Shown piece after piece: positions 59,144-64,000 of a stretch of DNA of 64,000 nucleotides. The translations under genes and the position numbers were made by a program. Below the pieces are notes generated by a model. The model had not been told where the DNA came from. It did no database searches and worked only from the letters and a program-made list of their open reading frames with translations. The DNA is taken from NCBI GenBank assembly GCA_048938895.1, contig JBHLLU010000005.1, forward strand, positions 55,527-119,526. The letters run 5' to 3'. The DNA comes from Promethearchaeota archaeon. Lineage in GTDB: Archaea; Asgardarchaeota; Lokiarchaeia; Sigyniarchaeales; SOKP01. Position 1 is the stretch's first letter. The number at the start of each line of letters is the position of its first letter.

Positions 59144-59779
59144 ATGGTAAAAGAAGATAAATTAGATATTGAATCTGAACTATTTGCTTTAATAACTACA
59201 ATTCTAAATGCATATAGCAAGTTTAAAGAAGGTATACTTAAAGAAAGTTTTTTTCAGAAGAAAGTACGGACCACTATTAAAGATTTAGTTAAATTCAATA
59301 TCTCTCTAGACGAAAATAATATCAACCTCACTGAACTTCTTGAGATTATGAATTTTAATGAACAATACTACAAAGCTATTGAAATAATAAATAATTTATC
59401 TGCATTAGAACTCTCAGATACCTTAAATGAAGAAAAATCCCAGGATGAGACTATATCCAGAATTACAAGTTCAACGGTATTAGAACTACCAAGCATCACC
59501 TTAGAAATTACTTCAAATTTTATAACATTAATGGATATTCTAAAATTAAAAGGTTTCCATGAAATTGAACTAGTTGATAAATTATTTAATGATTTAAATC
59601 TTAGCTTAGAGAAATTTCCGGGTATTGATGATCTCAGAGAAAAGGTTAAAAAAATTTATAAACGAGCATCTAGTCAATATAAGGTTGAAGAAAATGGTAA
59701 TCGTTTTATTGAGGAAATTGTAGATGAAATCTATCAAGCATTTCAAGAATTCCAGAATAAATTAAATCTAGAAGTCTAA
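59144..59779 (+). CDS. Vps28-like ESCRT-I subunit
   Basis: SELFALITT (Vps28 N-terminal ELFA), EITSNFITLMDILKL (FITxMDxLKL) and terminal AFQEF helix. Confidence 0.8.
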   Translation: MVKEDKLDIESELFALITTILNAYSKFKEGILKESFFQKKVRTTIKDLVKFNISLDENNINLTELLEIMNFNEQYYKAIEIINNLSALELSDTLNEEKSQDETISRITSSTVLELPSITLEITSNFITLMDILKLKGFHEIELVDKLFNDLNLSLEKFPGIDDLREKVKKIYKRASSQYKVEENGNRFIEEIVDEIYQAFQEFQNKLNLEV

Positions 59780-59868
59780 TTAAAACAATAAACTTAATAT
59801 TATTTCTATGCTTTAAAATTATATTAGCTTAACGTGATCACTAAAATTAAAGTTAGAAGGTAGTCAAT

Positions 59869-60138
59869 ATGCCACGACCAGGATTACGATCTAAAGCACA
59901 AGCTAGGAAAATAATAAGAACTCCTGGAAATGAAAATGTAACCCATTATTGGAGAAAGAAACCTACTAGAGCACAATGTGCTATGTGTAAAAAACCCCTC
60001 CAATCAATTCCGCGATTACGTCCTTCCGATATGAGAAAAACAAATAAGACCGCTAGAAGAGCAAATAGAATAGAAAGCGGTAGATATTGTGCAAAATGCC
60101 TTCAAAACTTGATTAGGGAAGAAGTCTGGAATCAATAA
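59869..60138 (+). CDS. rpl34e: 50S ribosomal protein L34e
   Basis: MPRPGLRS, RTPG, CAMC..CAKC. Confidence 0.93.
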   Translation: MPRPGLRSKAQARKIIRTPGNENVTHYWRKKPTRAQCAMCKKPLQSIPRLRPSDMRKTNKTARRANRIESGRYCAKCLQNLIREEVWNQ

Positions 60139-60230
60139 GCTATTTCTCATTTAATCTTGTTTCTTCATTTAAATACAATACTTTCATTAATTGATTTGAA
60201 ATATACTTAATTTATTGATTTAACATAATT

Positions 60231-60761
60231 ATGATATTAACGATCTCTGGTCTCCATGGAACTGGTAAAAGCACTATTGGAAAGCTTGTAGCTAAAAAAT
60301 TAAGGATCGATTACTATAGCACAGGCGATGCTTTTAGAGATCTCGCAAAGGAAATGGATTTAACTCTTGAAGAATTTACCAGTTATGTAGAAAAAAATCC
60401 TGAAATAGACAAAAAATTAGACATTAGGATCAATAAAATTGCTCAAAAAGGTAATATCATTATTGACAGTCAACTTAGTGCTTTCATATTGAAATCGATT
60501 GCAGATTTAAAAATTTTGTTAACCTGCCCGTTAGAAATACGTGTTCAAAGAATGAGCGAGAGAGATGAAGCTACATTTGATGAAAAGTTAAAGGAAACTA
60601 ATGTCAGAGAAGAATCAGAATTAAACAGATTCAAGAACCTCTACAATTTTAATCTAAATGATTCAAATGCATACAATTTGGTTATTGATACCAGCAATTT
60701 AAGTATTGAAGAGATAGTTAATATCATCCTTACAGAGATAAAAAAAAGAAACTTGAAGTAA
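60231..60761 (+). CDS. cmk: Archaeal cytidylate kinase
   Basis: ISGLHGTGKST, GDAFRDLAKE; lies between L34e and L14e. Confidence 0.92.
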   Translation: MILTISGLHGTGKSTIGKLVAKKLRIDYYSTGDAFRDLAKEMDLTLEEFTSYVEKNPEIDKKLDIRINKIAQKGNIIIDSQLSAFILKSIADLKILLTCPLEIRVQRMSERDEATFDEKLKETNVREESELNRFKNLYNFNLNDSNAYNLVIDTSNLSIEEIVNIILTEIKKRNLK

Positions 60762-60881
60762 GTTTCACTAAAATCAAAAATAATTTATTTTTGATTTAAT
60801 TAAATATCATACTAAAAAATGGAATTGTTTACTGGTGTAATACATACCAGTAATAAATTAAATAGTTTGGTGACAAATTAT

Positions 60882-61154
60882 ATGAGCGTATATGATATAG
60901 GACGAGTCTGTGTTAAGACTATGGGAAGAGAGGCGGGTCACTATTGCATTATTGTTGACGTTGTTGATAAAAATTATTTATTAATCGATGGTTTAAAAGT
61001 TAAAAGAAGAAGAGTTAATTACAGACACATAGAACCATTAGCTGAAACTATTGAAATCAAAAAAGGAGCAAAACACGAGGATGTTGAAGCTGCAATCAAA
61101 AAAGCTAAATTAGATAAAAAATTGAAGGAAGCCATCTCCATTCCTGTAAAATAA
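60882..61154 (+). CDS. rpl14e: 50S ribosomal protein L14e
   Basis: IGRVCVKTMGREAG, VKRRRVN..HIEP; ATG at 60882 with GGTGA SD. Confidence 0.95.
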   Translation: MSVYDIGRVCVKTMGREAGHYCIIVDVVDKNYLLIDGLKVKRRRVNYRHIEPLAETIEIKKGAKHEDVEAAIKKAKLDKKLKEAISIPVK

Positions 61155-61160
61155 AAGATA

Positions 61161-61195
61161 TTTTTTATATTTTCTTTTTTTCTTTAATTTTTTCT
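61161..61195 (+). terminator. Oligo-T tract after rpl14e
   Basis: Multiple T runs directly after the stop. Confidence 0.5.
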
Positions 61196-61391
61196 TAACT
61201 AAGAATTATATCTATTCTAAAACCTGAATGAATGAACTTATATTTAACATTTAACGTAGAGACTTCTAAGTTTATCATGCTCGAGTATGTCAAATGGTTA
61301 GAGCAAAAGATATGGAAAATTTAAATCTTTCATTTTTTTTTATAAAAATTAAATCAAGATACTGAAAGTCTTTAAATAGTAGAATAGATAT

Positions 61392-61742
61392 GTGGTTATT
61401 GTGAAAAGGAAAAAAACCATCGTGATAAAAAATCCTAAATTAAAAAAAGTACGAGATAATCTAAGATATGTCCTTTCAGAAGCTTTAATTGCTGAGACAG
61501 GAAAATTAGTCCGTGAAAAAGCTAAAACTGATATTAATGATAAAAATCGACCGTTATTAGCTGATAAAAGGGATAAACTTGATACAGCTTGGAAAAAATC
61601 GATTTGCGTCTGTCCCCTGTGCGGATCTCGAACCAGCGACATGACTTACAATCCCTATGATAATTATTGGTATTGTGTTAAATGCTATGGCGAGAATCAG
61701 GAGTTTTTTAGGGATCGCAACGAAGGTTTTAAATATCCATGA
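61392..61742 (+). CDS. Small basic protein with C-terminal C4 zinc finger
   Basis: CPLC...WYCVKC. Confidence 0.65.
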   Translation: MVIVKRKKTIVIKNPKLKKVRDNLRYVLSEALIAETGKLVREKAKTDINDKNRPLLADKRDKLDTAWKKSICVCPLCGSRTSDMTYNPYDNYWYCVKCYGENQEFFRDRNEGFKYP

Positions 61743-61789
61743 AATCCAGTGCTTCTAATTATAAAACATCTTGAAATTTTTCAAAAAAA

Positions 61790-61888
61790 CGCAGACGGAG
61801 GGATTCGAACCCTCGAGTGCATTCACACACTGGCTTTCTGGGAATGTCCGCTCCAAGCCAGCGCCGTACCAGGCTAGGCAACATCTGC
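61790..61888 (-). tRNA. tRNA-Ser (GGA) with a 15-nt canonical 37/38 intron (61836-61850)
   Basis: Acceptor GCAGATG/CGTCTGC, G73, long variable arm, TTCGAAT loop; BHB central helix TTGG/CCAG. Confidence 0.92.
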
Positions 61889-62255
61889 TGAGCATTTCGG
61901 TTAATCCTGGAGAAGATAGAAAGCAGTACCTACTCCTTTTTTTACCTTTTTTATATTTTTAATATAAGGAACCAAAATTTTAATACTTTATTACAAATAA
62001 CTTTCAAAAGAATTAGAAAAGAATACGCAAAAATAGTTGATACAATTGCATAATTATTAATGCTTACTTTTTTAAATAGCGTCTAGCCATGAGAGGATCC
62101 CTATAATGAGCCCATCCATCAATCGATAATACTCCTTAAAGAAAGGGATATCTGTAAAAAAAATTATGATGAATTAACTTTTTTTAGACTATGCTTGTAC
62201 AAAAACGTTAAATATAATTATAGTATATTTGTTCTTCGATCCAATGCAATTAAAA

Positions 62256-62858
62256 TCATACATCAGGAAATTCCAAGGATTTCGCTTTAGAGGTACCCAT
62301 CATCTGTCCCATTCCTCCAGATGCTTGAGTTTGAAGTTTAAGAATTCTTTGAATTAAAGTATTAATCCCCAATGAACATAAAAAATACCATGAGGTAAAA
62401 TTTAGCCACACATTTCCAGCTCTTATGAAATTACCTATAAGCGGTATATCATTTGCATTCATAGGACTTAAAGCTACAGTTGCTCCGCTAAAAATCATAT
62501 TCAATAAAGCAAATATAACAATCATTGGAAGAAAAGTTACGCATGTAGGTTTTAATCGTTGAAGAGCCATCTTTTGTTGAGTTTGCTTCAACATCTCATC
62601 CTTACGCTCCCATTTTTTCCTTTGTTTTCTGTAACGGTCTGGATCAACCTCTGCTAAATCAATTATTTTTTGCTTTTCTTCTCCATGTGCCTTAATTTGT
62701 GTTTGTTTACGCGCAACCTCTTCAGTATCGACTAACCATTTTGTTAAACCTGCACTAATTAATGCTGTAGTTGTTGCTAACAATAACACAAAAAGCATTG
62801 AACCTGGAGGGGTAGAAATCAACTCCTCAAAAGCATTTTTAAAAATTAATAACAACAT
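62256..62858 (-). CDS. DUF106 / EMC3-TMCO1 (Oxa1-superfamily) membrane insertase
   Basis: TM, coiled coil, LKP..VTFLP, WYFLCS; downstream of secY. Confidence 0.88.
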   Translation of the reverse strand: MLLLIFKNAFEELISTPPGSMLFVLLLATTTALISAGLTKWLVDTEEVARKQTQIKAHGEEKQKIIDLAEVDPDRYRKQRKKWERKDEMLKQTQQKMALQRLKPTCVTFLPMIVIFALLNMIFSGATVALSPMNANDIPLIGNFIRAGNVWLNFTSWYFLCSLGINTLIQRILKLQTQASGGMGQMMGTSKAKSLEFPDV

Positions 62859-63019
62859 GTCTATAATTACATTATATTGAAAACATTTTAAACTTTTTTT
62901 GAAGGAGATTAAGAACAGATGAAATCATTACCCGTATCAAACTTAAAAAAATAAGATGAATTTTATCTTATTCATAATATTTAATGGTTAAGATTGTCCT
63001 GGATCCCTTGTAATTATCA

Positions 63020-64000
63020 CTAGTCCATTCCAAGCAGTCCTCTGAGTCCTGGATACTGTGCGGCTGCCATCTCTTTTGCGAGAGTTTCTCCATATTGGTG
63101 AATAATCCCAATGCTAATCAAAAGTCCAGTGCCAGAGGTGAGTGCCCCCAAACTATCTGCACAGAAGCTGAGGAATGCAATTAGAATACCATTAATGATT
63201 ACTAGTGTCGGAATATAACGTTTGAGAATGCGCTCCAATATTTTCTCGGAGCTTCGAAAACCTGGAACCTGCATCTGTGAATCGATTATCTGTCCTGCGA
63301 TATCGCGCGGAGCAAGCCCACTTACTTCGACCCAGACCCGTCCAAGCATTATACATAAGCCGATAAAAATGAGTAAATAAAACACCGCCCTAAATGGATC
63401 TGAAACTAATTGATTGAGCCCTAGAGGCGGTGTAAGAAGATAGATAATACCCGACTTAGGGATTAATTGTTGCCCCAAACCACTCGCTTCATTCGGTGTA
63501 TCAAACGTTCCAATCAAATTGATCCAAAAATCATACCCATGACCCCGTAGAGCCGAATCTGGTCCAGCTAGTAATTGCCCAAAGAACAGGATATTTGCAT
63601 ACAACGCGTTTACCAATATCACAGGGATATTGGATACATACAGCAGTTTCATTGGATATTTCCCTTTGTAACCTCGATAGCCTCTGTAAGTAAGTGGGAT
63701 TTCAACGCGCGTTGACTCAAACCATACAACAGCGAAGAGAATAACAACGGTTGTGACTATCCCCAACAACGATGGAAGTTGTTGCCGTACAAGGATATCC
63801 CCTATATTTGTATCGGGCTTACCATCAAATAGTACTGAAAAGAAGGCTATGATAACTCCTCTAGGGATTCCATCCGGACCCTCAATCATACTGAATGTAT
63901 TCCAAAAGATTTGACCTGCAACACCAGCAGCTATAAATAAGGATACACCACTACCAAGCCCCCATCCTTTTTGGAGTAATTCGTCAAGAAGAATGATAAC
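63020..64000 (-). CDS. secY: Preprotein translocase SecY/Sec61alpha (5' part outside the window)
   Basis: LDELLQKGWGLGSGVSLFIA, YPMKLLYVSNIPVIL, VPGFR, SGTGLL; frame open to the window end. Confidence 0.97.
   Translation of the reverse strand, partial: VIILLDELLQKGWGLGSGVSLFIAAGVAGQIFWNTFSMIEGPDGIPRGVIIAFFSVLFDGKPDTNIGDILVRQQLPSLLGIVTTVVILFAVVWFESTRVEIPLTYRGYRGYKGKYPMKLLYVSNIPVILVNALYANILFFGQLLAGPDSALRGHGYDFWINLIGTFDTPNEASGLGQQLIPKSGIIYLLTPPLGLNQLVSDPFRAVFYLLIFIGLCIMLGRVWVEVSGLAPRDIAGQIIDSQMQVPGFRSSEKILERILKRYIPTLVIINGILIAFLSFCADSLGALTSGTGLLISIGIIHQYGETLAKEMAAAQYPGLRGLLGMD

Noticed and set aside
61279-61345. tRNA-like 5' fragment GCTCGAGTATGTCAAATGGTTAGAGC, possible split-tRNA half
   Set aside because: No proper D or anticodon stem, no matching 3' half and no complementary leader in the window.
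6274-61642. Numerous 60-125 aa antisense or alternate-frame ORFs in the track (e.g. 6274, 15582, 21374, 30331, 32404, 33798, 55537, 61349)
   Set aside because: They overlap well-supported genes and have no recognisable motifs.
61771-61962. 63-aa plus-strand ORF
   Set aside because: It is the antisense reading of tRNA-Ser.
1-64000. Selenoprotein genes or SECIS elements
   Set aside because: The TGA-ending ORFs checked (ferredoxin, DPM2-like, ribokinase, DUF106, zinc finger at 61392) end at natural protein termini rather than Cys-equivalent positions, and no convincing SECIS was seen by eye.
1-64000. CRISPR arrays, transposases, integrases, att duplications at tRNA 3' ends, rRNA
   Set aside because: No periodic repeats, mobile-element proteins or duplicated tRNA ends were seen by eye.

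Overview
AT-rich archaeal chromosome segment. The gene content (Vps28, roadblock, longin, OSTC/DC2-like, RING and CdvA-like proteins, plus selenocysteine machinery) points to an Asgard archaeon, most likely Lokiarchaeia; this is inferred from family recognition, not a database search. Main blocks: an Opp/Dpp peptide ABC operon (3-10 kb); RNA-modification and RecA-paralog genes (11-19 kb); a ribosomal protein cluster from S19 to L15 (28-37.5 kb) whose usual tail is displaced to 59.9-64 kb, with secY and DUF106 on the opposite strand; and a selenocysteine cluster (SelB, tRNA-Sec, SepSecS). The most striking observation is a 208-nt minus-strand tRNA gene (52615-52822). It reconstructs to a 75-nt tRNA-Ile with the rare UAU anticodon after removing FOUR bulge-helix-bulge introns, all at non-canonical positions (21/22, 38/39, 45/46, 58/59). 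Also notable: an S14 gene that can only start at ATT, two microproteins missed by the ORF track, and several candidate eukaryote-like membrane-trafficking or glycosylation proteins. No mobile element, CRISPR array or rRNA was seen.
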